Shown: positions 34,501 through 44,877 of the stretch, one piece after another
How positions within the stretch are numbered: the first letter of the stretch is position 1
How the letters are laid out: each line of letters opens with the position of its first letter
Assembly: GCA_040954595.2 (NCBI GenBank)
Contig: CM082590.2
Coordinates: 7,936,001 to 8,000,000 of the forward strand
Reading direction: 5' to 3'
From: Balanoglossus misakiensis
Taxonomy: Eukaryota > Animalia > Hemichordata
Length of the DNA stretch: 64,000 nt
The notes under the pieces: model-generated
What the model saw: the letters and a program-made list of their open reading frames with translations, nothing else
Database searches by the model: none
Told to the model about the DNA's origin: nothing
Made by a program: the position numbers and the translations under genes

Positions 34501-37000
34501 GGCCAGTCAATGGACTTTCCTAAACTGGCTTTTTAGACAGGTGGCCTTTATATAGAGGTTAATTTATCTCCTTGTAAATTGCACAGGGACTGTAACAAAG
34601 AGGCCACTATATAGAGGTGGCCACTAACACAGGTTTGACTGTACATGTAAATTGCACAGGGACTGTAACAAAGAGGCCACTATATAGAGGTGGCCACTAA
34701 CACAGGTTTGACTGTACATGTAAATTGCATAGGGACTGTAACAAAGAGGCCACTATATAGAGGTGGCCACTAACACAGGTTTGACTGTATCAGTAAGTGG
34801 TATGTCATTTGGGCTAACGTTACGGTGGCCTGAACAAAGAGAGAATGAGCTAAAATCGTAAAATTGTGTTATTTCTAAAATGTTTGTCAATTTTACATAT
34901 TTTGTTTATAAACATCATGTTCCTATTATCCATCTATATTCTGGTATATACCATAGAAAAAAGATTTGGTATCAGTGACATGTGAGTTGAGCTTCAAGGA
35001 CACTAGCCATAACCTGTTCACCCCTATTTCAAAGTAAAATGGTCCAGCACTGCCTCAAGAACAATGGAGTTGGACCAAACCATGATAGCATAAAGGTTAA
35101 ACCAATGAGACAATGGGCTAAAACAACACACTGTCAGAGCTATAAATATAAATGTTGGTATTCATGAACTAATAATGGACAAAACTGCAAAGTCATGTCG
35201 CCCCAACCCACGTTTCTATGCAGACCATATCAACTGTATCATCTCCATTGGCCAGCTAACCTGTACTACGGACTTTTGGGGGTCAAAGATCACACTCACC
35301 ATATCTGGAATCGTTCAGATTGCCCAGGTTATAGTACTTGAATTCTTGGCTGTCAACCGTGAGTGTGTCAAGCACACGTGATTCGAATGGGTTTTCACCT
35401 GAAAAATAAACATGATGACATTAATATCAGTTAAAGACAACAGTTTCTGAAATGCAGATCGATTGTGTTTTCTAGTGGCCATAACCACTGAGGTTCGATT
35501 CATCTTCAAGGGACTTCATTCTTAGCAATATGCCTTCTAACAAACAATTTTTATAAGCTTTGAGTCAATTTGAGGATTTTAAAAAAAATTCTCTGAGTCA
35601 GCCCTATACCTTTGCATGTATTTTTCTTGAGTCACCAGTGAGTTTCTTGAGTCAGTGGAGTTAACATGGGCATAGAGGGCAACTTACTTCCATGAATTAA
35701 TATCATTCTTGAGAGACACTGGGAGTAAGGGCTTTAATATCAAGTTTACTTGAAATTATTACTTTGATTCTAAACTGGGGAATTTTGCGGCCAGGAACAA
35801 AACTACAACAATTTACATGCTCTGAAACCACCTATAGTTAACTGAATAAGTTTTATTAAAAATAACTATGACAGGTATTTTTAACATATTGTTAAACCTA
35901 TTATTAGCATGAATTCAGTTCCTGTTCAGAAAAACAGTACAGTGGCTGGCAGTATATAACAGGGATCAAATATTTCAGAACTTGGGAAAAAAGTCATTCT
36001 TTTCTCAAATGTGATTGTCATATTTATTTATATTATGGGAACAAGAAAATTTTGATTAACATTTAAAGGGACAAAGTCTCTCTCTCGCTAACCTTTTTCC
36101 ATTAATTATGTTTGATACAAAACACTGTTTATGTTATTCTACATGTGGATATATAGTGAATGAACATTCAACCACACACAACTTCCATCCCACTTGTATG
36201 ATATGAGAGTAAAAACTCGCCCAAAATGAATAAATGGTAAAGAACGATCCGGCAATATCTGATTGGTCGATACTATCTGCTCAGGTTTGCAGATAGTATC
36301 GACCAATCAGATATTGCCTGAGTCTTAATTAAATTAGCCAAACAGTTACATCATCGAAACAATGTTGAGGTCAACAGTTGACCTGACCTGCCCACTGCAG
36401 GTCACACGCCCGCATTTGCATATAGCCCCACACCTCCCCTTACATGTAGCAAATTTTCAATGTCACATTTAACACAGACAACGAGACAGACATACATCAT
36501 ATTGTATGAATAGGACAATATGAATTTTCCAGCCAACAGAAGAGAAACAAATTTAATATTTCTAAGTATTTTTAACTTTCCCAGTACATGTTTTGCAAAG
36601 TCACGCCATGCCCTACTTTATTGACCTTTGACCCTTGCGTCTCTGAGTTACGCAAGTGGCGTCCTCGCAATTTATACAAAACCAGTTTCCATGGAAATCG
36701 GAAGAACAATTTTTCGCGCTGAATATTTTGTTCCTGGTGGTGATAAATCTGCGTTCTCTCTCTCTTAAAATGAGCGAACATATCCCCTGTTCCCAGTCGC
36801 TAGACCTGTGGCCTCGTTTGGTAAGTTACGAGTCAAGCCCCAATTAGCCTTCCGCGAACGTCGCCATATTCCCTCGCAGACGGAGTAATGTGAGTTTCAC
36901 TTAAAATATACTCTAACATCACATAGCACAATTCTAGCATCGGCGGGCCCCCAAAAATTGTTAGAATGCGACATTTTTAACACTTACCTGCCACAGCCAT
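19557..37000 (-). CDS. ACO1: Cytoplasmic aconitate hydratase / iron regulatory protein 1; 20 constitutive coding exons (897 aa; 951 aa with the candidate cassette exon)
   Basis: Exons assembled by hand, all GT-AG and phase-consistent: 36988-37000, 35300-35398, 34279-34447, 33574-33711, [31574-31735], 29771-29840, 28968-29151, 28488-28627, 27686-27857, 27226-27326, 26550-26826, 25837-25972, 25361-25445, 24660-24816, 23733-23857, 23316-23426, 22858-23000, 21993-22140, 21066-21188, 20315-20500, 19557-19673 (TAA). Motifs: [76 protein letters not shown] (the three Fe-S cysteines), [43 protein letters not shown]. Confidence 0.96.
20008..20302. mobile_element. Palindromic TTAA MITE in the last ACO1 intron
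   Basis: Same termini; ends 12 bp from the exon edge at 20315. Confidence 0.78.
22440..22830 (+). repeat. Degenerate CA-rich low-complexity tract (ACO1 intron)
   Basis: Direct reading; similar tracts at 28170-28480 and 20505-20830. Confidence 0.85.
24866..25073. mobile_element. CpG-rich MITE with termini CTG(A/T)AAAACACTTTATTTTCGC
   Basis: ctgaaaaacactttattttcgc ... gcgaaaataaagtgttttacag; related termini at ~50073-50243. Confidence 0.7.
26022..26197. mobile_element. TA-type MITE (same family as 44700-44877) in an ACO1 intron
   Basis: cagtaaaacctgtctaaacc...ggtttggacaagttttactg inverted termini. Confidence 0.8.
30440..30532. mobile_element. ~90-bp piggyBac-like MITE (TTAA|CCCT...AGGG|TTAA)
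   Basis: ttaaccctttcaccaccatggttcagtccaaa...gggggtgaaagggttaa. Other copies: 23451-23544, 27350-27441, 29196-29288, 33345-33437, 45626-45718, ~49715-49797, ~49950-50035; partial ~51732-51770. Confidence 0.8.
31574..31735 (-). CDS. Candidate cassette exon of ACO1 encoding an IRP2-like Cys-containing insert (54 aa)
   Basis: Acceptor ttttcttcatttcgtag, donor TG/gttagt; phase 2-2; 162 nt (a second in-frame AG gives 153 nt). No stops: (R)[53 protein letters not shown](C). Lies between the [10 protein letters not shown] and SDALEKNQ exons. Confidence 0.8.
34481..34787. mobile_element. CAGTCAAAC-family MITE with its 3' 73 bp triplicated
   Basis: gtaaattgca.agggactgtaacaaagaggccactatatagaggtggccactaacacaggtttgactgta at 34574, 34647 and 34720. 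Confidence 0.8.
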
Positions 37001-37918
37001 GATTGTGTCCTGGAAAATACACGTATTACTAGACCCGTCTTGTTAAATGGATGCTGATTGAATAATGTAGTATGCAAATTCAATATAAAATGGGCACATT
37101 AAATATAAGACTCGGCAGATCTTTTGTATTTACTCAATCTAGCCATGACTTAACATATATCATACGATATCAACGTCAAACAGTGCACTCCAACTAATTC
37201 AGATATGTAGAATAACCCTGTTTTTGTGTCATTTTCGTCTTTTTCTCCAATATGCGTCAGATAGCCAATCAACGCAGCTCTTTCATTTTCTTGGGCTACA
37301 GAAATGCTGGGTCAAAGGTAAGCGCAAAAAGACTATGTAATTTTACAAATTGTCGCGTTACAAGAAAAGATTGTGGATTTTCACATTATTATTTTTAATT
37401 ATTAATTGAAAAAAGAGACGTTCAGCAGAAATAGTTTTGATTATCTTAAAACAATACAACGTGACCTTTGCATTTAAGAAGTCAGCAGACATGCGCATAA
37501 CCAGTACATATGTTCTAATGGCGACCAAGGTCGAAGTGACCACCACGGTGTTTGTGATATTTCAGCTCAAGATCTGAAGCGGATCTCGTATAACCAGGTA
37601 TTCCTACTGGATCAATGTAAGTTGTGTAGTTTCAATGTAAGTGGATGTGTGTAACTTTCTCCGGGCAGTGTGAACAAAAGATATTAGGTCAGACACTGTC
37701 CTTACGTAAACCCGGTCACCTGATCTGACATCTTCCCCACATGAATCTTACCCCTGAAGAAAGCTAGCGTCTTTGGATTTACTGGAATTATATAAGTGCT
37801 CTGCGGTTGATCGATATGTGCGATGCGGCCAGGAAGCTGGGCAGCTTGTTTGTGAGTTCGCGGTGCGTGATTGTGTACAACTGTTTTTAATACAACAAAA
37901 CAAACTTGGAGTGTGAAA
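37001..37918. promoter_or_regulatory. Probable bidirectional promoter / 5' UTR region shared by ACO1 and SLC25A44
   Basis: Divergent ATGs 918 bp apart; relatively CpG-rich; CCAAT (agccaatc ~37263) and octamer ATGCAAAT (~37072). TSSs cannot be determined from sequence. Confidence 0.6.
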
Positions 37919-39982
37919 ATGGCAAGCGGAAGTAGAGACACGAAGATCATTGAATGGGATGATATGGACAAGCGCAAATTCTATGGTTTTGGTGTGATGA
38001 TATCCATGGGGATTAGAGCAGCCATCTATCCGTCGATTCTGGTGAAAACCAGACTTCAGGTCCAGAAACACGATACGTATTACAAGGGGACATGGGACGC
38101 ACTGAAAAAGATCATCCGATACGAAGGCGCGCGCGGGTTGTACCGGGGTTTTATGGTGAACGCGTTTACTGTCTTCTCCGGACAGTGCTACATCACAACG
38201 TACGAGCTGATGCGGAGACGGTTCAAGCACGCCAGCAACACCACGAAATCCTTCGTCGCCGGGGCGGCCGCCTCGCTGGTCGCGCAGACGATCACCGTGC
38301 CCTGCGATGTTGTGTCTCAGCTCCTGATGATGCAAGGTCAGACCCACGGAGGAACTAGAATCACTGCCGATGCGAATGGCTCATCTTCCCTGAAGCGAGC
38401 CACTGGAGTTATTCGGACTATATGGCTGAAAGAGGGAATGTCTGGTTTCTACAGAGGTTACCTAGCGTCTCTGATGTCATTTATTCCTAACAGTGCGCTG
38501 TGGTGGCCTTTCTATCATTTCTATTGGCGTAAGTTATATTTCATTAAAGGGACAAAGTCTCTCTCTCACTGCCCTTTTTCTATTATTTATGTTTGATACA
38601 AGACACCATTTATGTTATTCTACGTATGGATATATAGTGAATCAACGCTCGACCACACACAACTTCTATCCCGCTTGTAGAATATGAGTAAAAATCTCGC
38701 CAAAATGAATAAATGGTAAAGACTGATTATTCATTTGGGCAAGATTTTCACTCTCGTGTCTACAAGTGGAATATAAGTTGTGTGTTGTCAAACGTTGTTT
38801 CACTATATATCCACATGTAGAACTAGAATAACATAAACTGTGTCTTATATCAAACATAATGGTAAAAGGGCAGCGAGAGAGAGACTTTGTCCCTTTAAAC
38901 CCTCAAAGTGTATATATGTACACAGTGTACAGTCATTCCTAAACTGGCCTTTATAGAAAGGTGGTCACTATAGACAGATCAATTAATGCACATGGAAATT
39001 GCACAGGTACTGTAACAAAATGGCTACTATATAGAGGTGGCCACTTACATTGGCTGTATATGGGCGTATGTAAATTGGAGGTGGCCGTATACCTTTAATT
39101 AATATCTTTCAGCCATTCCAGTTAAGTAGAAGACAAATCAGTCATGCAGTGATGAAAGCTCAACATGCTTCCAACGCTTTTTTCCATTATACAGTAACCT
39201 CTCCTCTTTTACAAGTTTTGACATGTCTAATGTACACATCCACACTTGTCCAATTTCAGAGCAAATGGCCGCCGTCACTCCTGATGGAGTCCCTATCATA
39301 ATCATCCAAGCTGTGGCTTCCCCACTGGCTGGAATGTCTTCAGCAACTCTTACAAACCCGATGGATATCATCAGAACTAGACTGCAGGTGAGTTGCTCTC
39401 ACAAGTGTAATTAAAAACATGTGTCGAGCGTATACTCTACAGTCAAACCTGTCTATAGCAGCCAGTCACATGACTTTCCTAAACTGGCCTTTATAGACAG
39501 GTCAGTTAATGTACAAGTAAATTGCACAGGGACTGTAACAAAGTGGCCACTATATAGAGGTGACCACTAACACAGGTTTGACTGTACATGTGAATTGCAC
39601 AGGGACGGTAACAAAGTGGCCACTATATAGAGGTGACCACTAACACAGGTTTGACTGTACATGTGAATTGCACAGGGACTGTAACAAAGTGGCCACTATA
39701 TAGAAGTGGCCACTAACACAGGTTTGACTATTTGACATATGTGTCGCTTGTTCTGTTGCGATAACATCCTGTTTGTGTCTTGTCTCCTAGGTGACGGGCG
39801 GTGACTCCATCATCACGACGTTTACCACGCTCATGAAGGAAGAAGGTCCCAAGGGATTGACCAAGGGTTTGACGGCGAGATATCTGTCCGCCGCCCCTGC
39901 CAGCTTCCTCCTCTGTGTCAGTTATGAACTTCTCAAAAGAATCAGCTTAAAAGGGGAGCTTATAGAAACCAGAAAGTGGTAG
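37919..39982 (+). CDS. SLC25A44: Mitochondrial carrier SLC25A44 (branched-chain amino acid carrier in mammals); 3 coding exons, 309 aa
   Basis: Exons 37919-38528, 39260-39387, 39791-39982 with GT-AG junctions. Family-diagnostic stretches IIEWDDMDKRKFY, SGQCYITTYEL, IPNSALWWPFYHFY and C-terminal ELIETRKW; carrier signatures YPSILVKTRLQ, VPCDVVSQ, NPMDIIRTRLQ. Confidence 0.93.
38548..38894. mobile_element. Palindromic MITE with TTAA target duplication and AGGGACAAAG termini (Kolobok-like by TSD and termini)
   Basis: ttaa|agggacaaagtctctctctc...gagagagagactttgtccct|ttaa with long internal inverted repeats. Other copies: 20008-20302, 41762-42107; partial 23575-23718 and ~36067-36244. Confidence 0.8.
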
Positions 39983-41761
39983 TCACGGTAACCGGATTGT
40001 TGTGGTAGTTATGGTAACCATGTGGTCATGGTGTCTGTGATAGTCATGGCAACCATGACATTCCTGGTACAGTCAAACCTGTCTATAGCAGCCAGTCAAG
40101 GGACTTTCCTAAACTGGGCTTTATGGAGAGGTGGCCTTTATAGACAGGTCAGTTAATGCACATGTAAGTTGCACAGGGGACTGTAACAAAGTGGCCATTA
40201 TACAGAGGTGGCCACTACTAACACAGGTTTGACTGTCATAGGGTTACTAGAACAGTTATTTTTAAATGATTGAGCAAAAACTTCGAGTACAAATTTTTAA
40301 GTGTAATATTAGGGGTAAAAGGTTAAATGTATATTTTCTGTGAAAAGAGATCAAAAAAATTTAAAGATTTACAGTGAGTGGTTGCTTATTCTGTGTTTTA
40401 TAAATTGTGGCGTTGAAAATTGGAAACTGAATTATGAATTGACCAAGTGGATAAATTTAATTGTCTCTGAATTTTTCGAGATGAATGGTGCTTTTTTTGA
40501 TTGAAAGAATTTACTTCTGTGAAGTCAGAGGAAAGTTTTACGAACAAATGTTATTAGTCTCTGATAAGCTTCTAGAATTTTCTTTTTTTTAAATGTAAAA
40601 TGATCACCTTTTTGCTTTTGATGGGGTGAAAATTTCCTGTCGCGGAAATTTCCTGTTTTACAGTATTCTGCACTGTGTCGATCAATGTTCATACATGTCG
40701 CCCTCTAGAGAAGCAAAGATGCTAACTCCAATTGTCGTGAAATGCCTAAATTATTCTTAAAAAGATTTTTAAAAAGCCAATACTAACGTTAAATACAAAT
40801 TCAAATTCATAAATGTATATTTTATTCAAATTTTGCTCATTTGGTAGTAACCTAATCCCAGATCAAGATACATGTAATTTTAACAAATTAATTAAGAATA
40901 GTGAAAATTAACATTTTTATGTGATCTTTATTTTATTTAGTCTTTTGGTCTCAATGATGGGGGCCGTTATTCAGTTTACTTGTGCCGGGATACGGAGAAA
41001 TAATGCAATTGCCACAGTGCCCTGATTAAATCCTTTTATTTTTTTTTCCTAAACTCAGTGAATTTTGGATCTCAATATTCAAATCATGAATCGCTTACAC
41101 CAAGTGTGTGACCTCTATAGGGTGAATTGCTGTAATAGTGTATGCATTAATTATGTTTTAATTAGAGCAAATGTTTGCATTAATATTAATGATTATGAAT
41201 ATTAATAAGTAGCCAGCACTCGAGTCAACCTGAGTTTTGGCCCTTTGTTCTAAAAATGAGTATTTGACATGAAAAGTGGCACAGAAATGATCATGATTTT
41301 GCACAAAGAGTTGTACAAATGCTACAAACAGTAAAAATTGAATGCCTTTTGTTTTTATGAAGAAATGCTGAAAGTAGATCTTTGTTTTATTTTGCAGCCT
41401 GATGAAATAGTATAGGTTTCTTTTCTTGTATTGTAAAGCCTTGCTGTAAAAAGTAACCCTTCCACCCCTGCAAGAATTTCAGTTGATCCAACCCTGCCAT
41501 TGAACACAATGGAGGTTAAACCAAGTTATGGAGGTGAATGGGGGTTTAACTGCATCTTTGAATGTACAGTTTATACATAGTTCCAGATTGCTGAGTTTTT
41601 TCTCGCATAACATGTATTTGTATGGATAAAGTGTATTTTTATTCTGTAATGAAACAGTGCACTTGGGTGATTTTTCAATAAACACTGAAGATAAAATAAA
41701 TTATCAGTCTTGCATATTTTTTTTCTGCTGACAGCAACATGGAGATTGAAAGATTTCTTAA

Positions 41762-42107
41762 AGGGACAAAGACTCTCTCTCGCTCCCTTTTTTCCATTAA
41801 TTATATTTGATACAAGACACTGTTTGTTATTCTACATGTGGATATATAGTGAATGAACGTTCAACCACACACAACTTCCATCCCTCTTATAGACAGGAGA
41901 GTGAAAAAACTCGCCAAAATGAATAATTGTTCTTTACCATTTATTCATTTTGGGCGAGTTTTTTACTCTCATATCCTACAAGCGGGACGGAAGTTGTGTG
42001 TGGTTGAACGTTGATTCACTATATATCCAGTGTCTTGTATCAGATGCAGTGTCTTGTATCAAACATAATTAATGGAAAAGGGGCAGCGAGAGAGAGACGT
42101 TGTCCCT
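41762..42107. mobile_element. Palindromic TTAA MITE (same family as 38548-38894)
   Basis: TTAA at 41758-41761 and 42108-42111 flank the inverted termini. Confidence 0.8.
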
Positions 42108-42455
42108 TTAATCGGTAGAATGACAACTCAAACCATACCAAAACTGCTTCAAAGTAACTCTTTTCCAGCACCGCCCACCCCCATATAAAGTGGGATGCCC
42201 CTCACTTTGTGAAACCGACCCCACCCACGTTTGACCTTGCAAAAGACATCAACCTACCCCAGGCGGCCTCTAAGGTCAAATTGTACCCCCTAAGATAGTC
42301 ATTCATAAATCACGCTAATTTACATATTGCTGCAATGGATTGCAGTCACTTATATTTGTACATCCTGATGTGCTTCAATAATTCCAAGATAAAGGGCTCT
42401 GCTGAAAAGTCTTTGTATATCTGTGCAGATAAACACATCCTGGGATCTGTACAGA

Positions 42456-44669
42456 ATGGCGAGTGGAGGCGAAGGTAAATTCCTCCAAGAAATCAGTGAT
42501 GATTTCCTCTGCTGTACAATCTGTCTGGAGTTGTATACCACCCCGAGAATTCTGCCCTGTCTGCACACATTCTGCGAGCCGTGTTTGGTCACTCTTGTCG
42601 GCAGCAGACAGACTGTGAAATGTCCGGAATGTCGGACTGTACATCACCTCCCCGTCGGCGGGGTTCCCGGGATCACGCTCAACTTTTTCATGAATGGCTT
42701 GGTCGGGAAATTCCAGCAGCATCAGTCGGCGCCCACCGGGGCATCTTCGATCGATTGCGAGGGTTGTCGGGAAGACACGGCCACTCACAAGTGTGTACAG
42801 TGCAAGCATTATCTCTGCAGCAGCTGTGTGAAGGCCCACAGAAATCTCCCCATTACCCGGACGCACCGACTTCTGACCATCGAAGAATATGAAACAGCAG
42901 AACCGACCAGTCCTGTGGCGTTGCATCCCGAAGATGGAGATTACTGCATCTCACACACAGACAGCAAAATTGAATTCTACTGCGAGACCTGCCAGGTGCC
43001 TGTCTGTTCAAACTGCATGCAGAAACACTCCAGCGCTATACATGTACGCAGAGACTTGAAAAATGCAACTGATGAGTGTTTTCGCGACTTGAAAGTCATG
43101 GTGGACAAACTGAAAGTGAAAGAACAGGAAACTGAAAAGAACAAAAGCCTGGCCAAACAGATATACAGTGATCTGACAGATCAGCGCGTGAGAGAAGAAA
43201 GGAAGGTGAGAACGACAGCAGAAGAAATCATCAACAAAGTAAAGAGAGAAGAGCAGAGACTGGTAGATGAGCTGAATGAAAGTTACAAACTGACAATGAA
43301 AACAGCAGCTGTGGGCATCGATGAGTTGGAATTAAAACATGGTAACATTAAGAGTACATGCAGTTACATTGAAACACTGATGTATCATGGGAATGCGGTA
43401 CAACTGCTCTCTACGAAGAGTGATGCAGAGCGCCGCATCAATCAACTCATCGCCATGGATACTAAAGTGCAAACAGCGCATGAAGGGGTCGTCTTCATAC
43501 CCAGCAGCGAGTTTATTCAGCCAGTTGTTCTTGGGATGTTGACAATAGACTCTGGGGTCTGCGTCTCGAATTGCACAATTGAAAACATCCCAAAACAACT
43601 TCTGAAAGGTGACTCTGCACACCTGCTGATCACAACCAGAGATTCCACAGGAAAACAAGTCGTCCCAAATCAACCAGTGAAAGCCAAGCTGAGAAAACCT
43701 GATGCATCATGGGAGGACATCAAAGTATCAGATAACAGAGATGGTACACACAGAGTGACAGTGACTGGACAAATGGATGGTAAACATCAAGTTGCCGTGA
43801 CAATAGGAGATCAAGCAATACCAGGCTCTCCTGTCATCATACCTGTCATCAGAGGATTATTACATACATTTGGCAGTTACGGAAATGCTGAGGGACAGTT
43901 CAACAAACCCCTGAATATGGCCATAAACAGAGACAAAGACATTGTCACTGCAGACACAGACAATAACCGACTACAAATAACCACCAGAGACGGCAGAGTT
44001 AAGAAAATCTTGAATTTTACACAATTTGAAAAACCTTTCAGGCCACGTGATGTAGCTATTTCAAGTGATAATACACACTATAGTTTAGATGGTAACAATA
44101 AGCAAGTAGTTGTCAGTGATGAGAACGGACGTGTCATCAGATGCTTTGGACAGAATGAGCTGAAGGATCCATTTGGGCTGGCTATCTGTCCTATCAGTGG
44201 CAACGTCTATGTCACAGACTGGGGTGAGCATTGTGTGAAGATTTACACGCAGCACGGAACGTACTGCAGGTCGTTGGGGTTAAAGGGTAAAGGTCAGGGG
44301 AAATTCAATGAGCCCTGGGGAATCAAAGTCGGGTGCAACGGTTTGGTGTTTGTGGCCGATTACTCCAATAAGCGCATCCAGGTGTTCGATTCCGATGACA
44401 AGTATTTGTATTCCTTCGATTGTCAGTGCGGGGACGGCAAATTGAGGTGCCCCCGGGGAATTGATCTGGAAGGGGACAAGTATGTGTACGTCACTGCCAG
44501 TGGGGATTGCGTACTGAAGTTTGAGAGAGGGGGTTTGTTCGTCTGCCGGATTGACTGTTCCCAGGTGAGGCTGAACTACCCCACTGGCATCGCACTGACA
44601 GACGATGCACCTTGTAGCGTGGTTGTCGCTGATAGGAACAACCACTGCATCAAAGTGTTTGTCCAATAA
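42456..44669 (+). CDS. TRIM-NHL E3 ubiquitin ligase (TRIM2/TRIM3-like), copy 1, 737 aa, single coding exon
   Basis: RING (CTICLE...LPCLHTFCEPC...CPECR), two B-boxes, coiled coil, filamin/Ig repeat (DNRDGTHRV...IPGSP), NHL repeats (GQFNKP, VADYSNKRIQVF). ATG at 42456 follows an acceptor-like tgtacag, as in copy 2. Confidence 0.92.
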   Translation: MASGGEGKFLQEISDDFLCCTICLELYTTPRILPCLHTFCEPCLVTLVGSRQTVKCPECRTVHHLPVGGVPGITLNFFMNGLVGKFQQHQSAPTGASSIDCEGCREDTATHKCVQCKHYLCSSCVKAHRNLPITRTHRLLTIEEYETAEPTSPVALHPEDGDYCISHTDSKIEFYCETCQVPVCSNCMQKHSSAIHVRRDLKNATDECFRDLKVMVDKLKVKEQETEKNKSLAKQIYSDLTDQRVREERKVRTTAEEIINKVKREEQRLVDELNESYKLTMKTAAVGIDELELKHGNIKSTCSYIETLMYHGNAVQLLSTKSDAERRINQLIAMDTKVQTAHEGVVFIPSSEFIQPVVLGMLTIDSGVCVSNCTIENIPKQLLKGDSAHLLITTRDSTGKQVVPNQPVKAKLRKPDASWEDIKVSDNRDGTHRVTVTGQMDGKHQVAVTIGDQAIPGSPVIIPVIRGLLHTFGSYGNAEGQFNKPLNMAINRDKDIVTADTDNNRLQITTRDGRVKKILNFTQFEKPFRPRDVAISSDNTHYSLDGNNKQVVVSDENGRVIRCFGQNELKDPFGLAICPISGNVYVTDWGEHCVKIYTQHGTYCRSLGLKGKGQGKFNEPWGIKVGCNGLVFVADYSNKRIQVFDSDDKYLYSFDCQCGDGKLRCPRGIDLEGDKYVYVTASGDCVLKFERGGLFVCRIDCSQVRLNYPTGIALTDDAPCSVVVADRNNHCIKVFVQ

Positions 44670-44699
44670 AAAAACCAACACACAAAATGAAGCAGACTA

Positions 44700-44877
44700 T
44701 AGTAAAACTAGTCTAAACCGAACCCTGTCTAATCTGGAAACCTGTCTATACTGAACACATTTTCCTGTCCCTTTCACACATAACCACATGTTAAAAGAAC
44801 CTCTATAAACCAGACATCTCTGTAAACTGAACAGTTTCTTCAGTCCCTTTGGTGTTCAGTTTAGACAGGTTTTACTG
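44700..44877. mobile_element. TA-flanked MITE (Tc1/mariner-type), termini (C/T)AGTAAAAC...GTTTTACTG
   Basis: TA on both sides; the paralogous empty site is at 48761-48762. Another copy in the opposite orientation at 26022-26197; partial copies at ~33200-33345 and ~50245-50420. Confidence 0.85.

Noticed and set aside
19557-37000. Calling the gene IREB2/IRP2 because of the insert exon
   Set aside because: The rest of the protein is IRP1-like (catalytic GSGSSRDW, Fe-S cysteines, IRP1-type N-terminus) and the frame is intact without the insert; ACO1 is the better label pending phylogeny.
37655-37680. CAGTGT (and CAGTGC at 37181) as an iron-responsive element near the IRP gene
   Set aside because: The flanking 5-nt arms do not pair, so there is no IRE stem.
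42423-42455. N-terminal extensions in the ORF track for TRIM copy 1 (and 37871-37918 for SLC25A44)
   Set aside because: They begin at GTG/TTG. The paralog and family alignment support the ATGs at 42456 and 37919.
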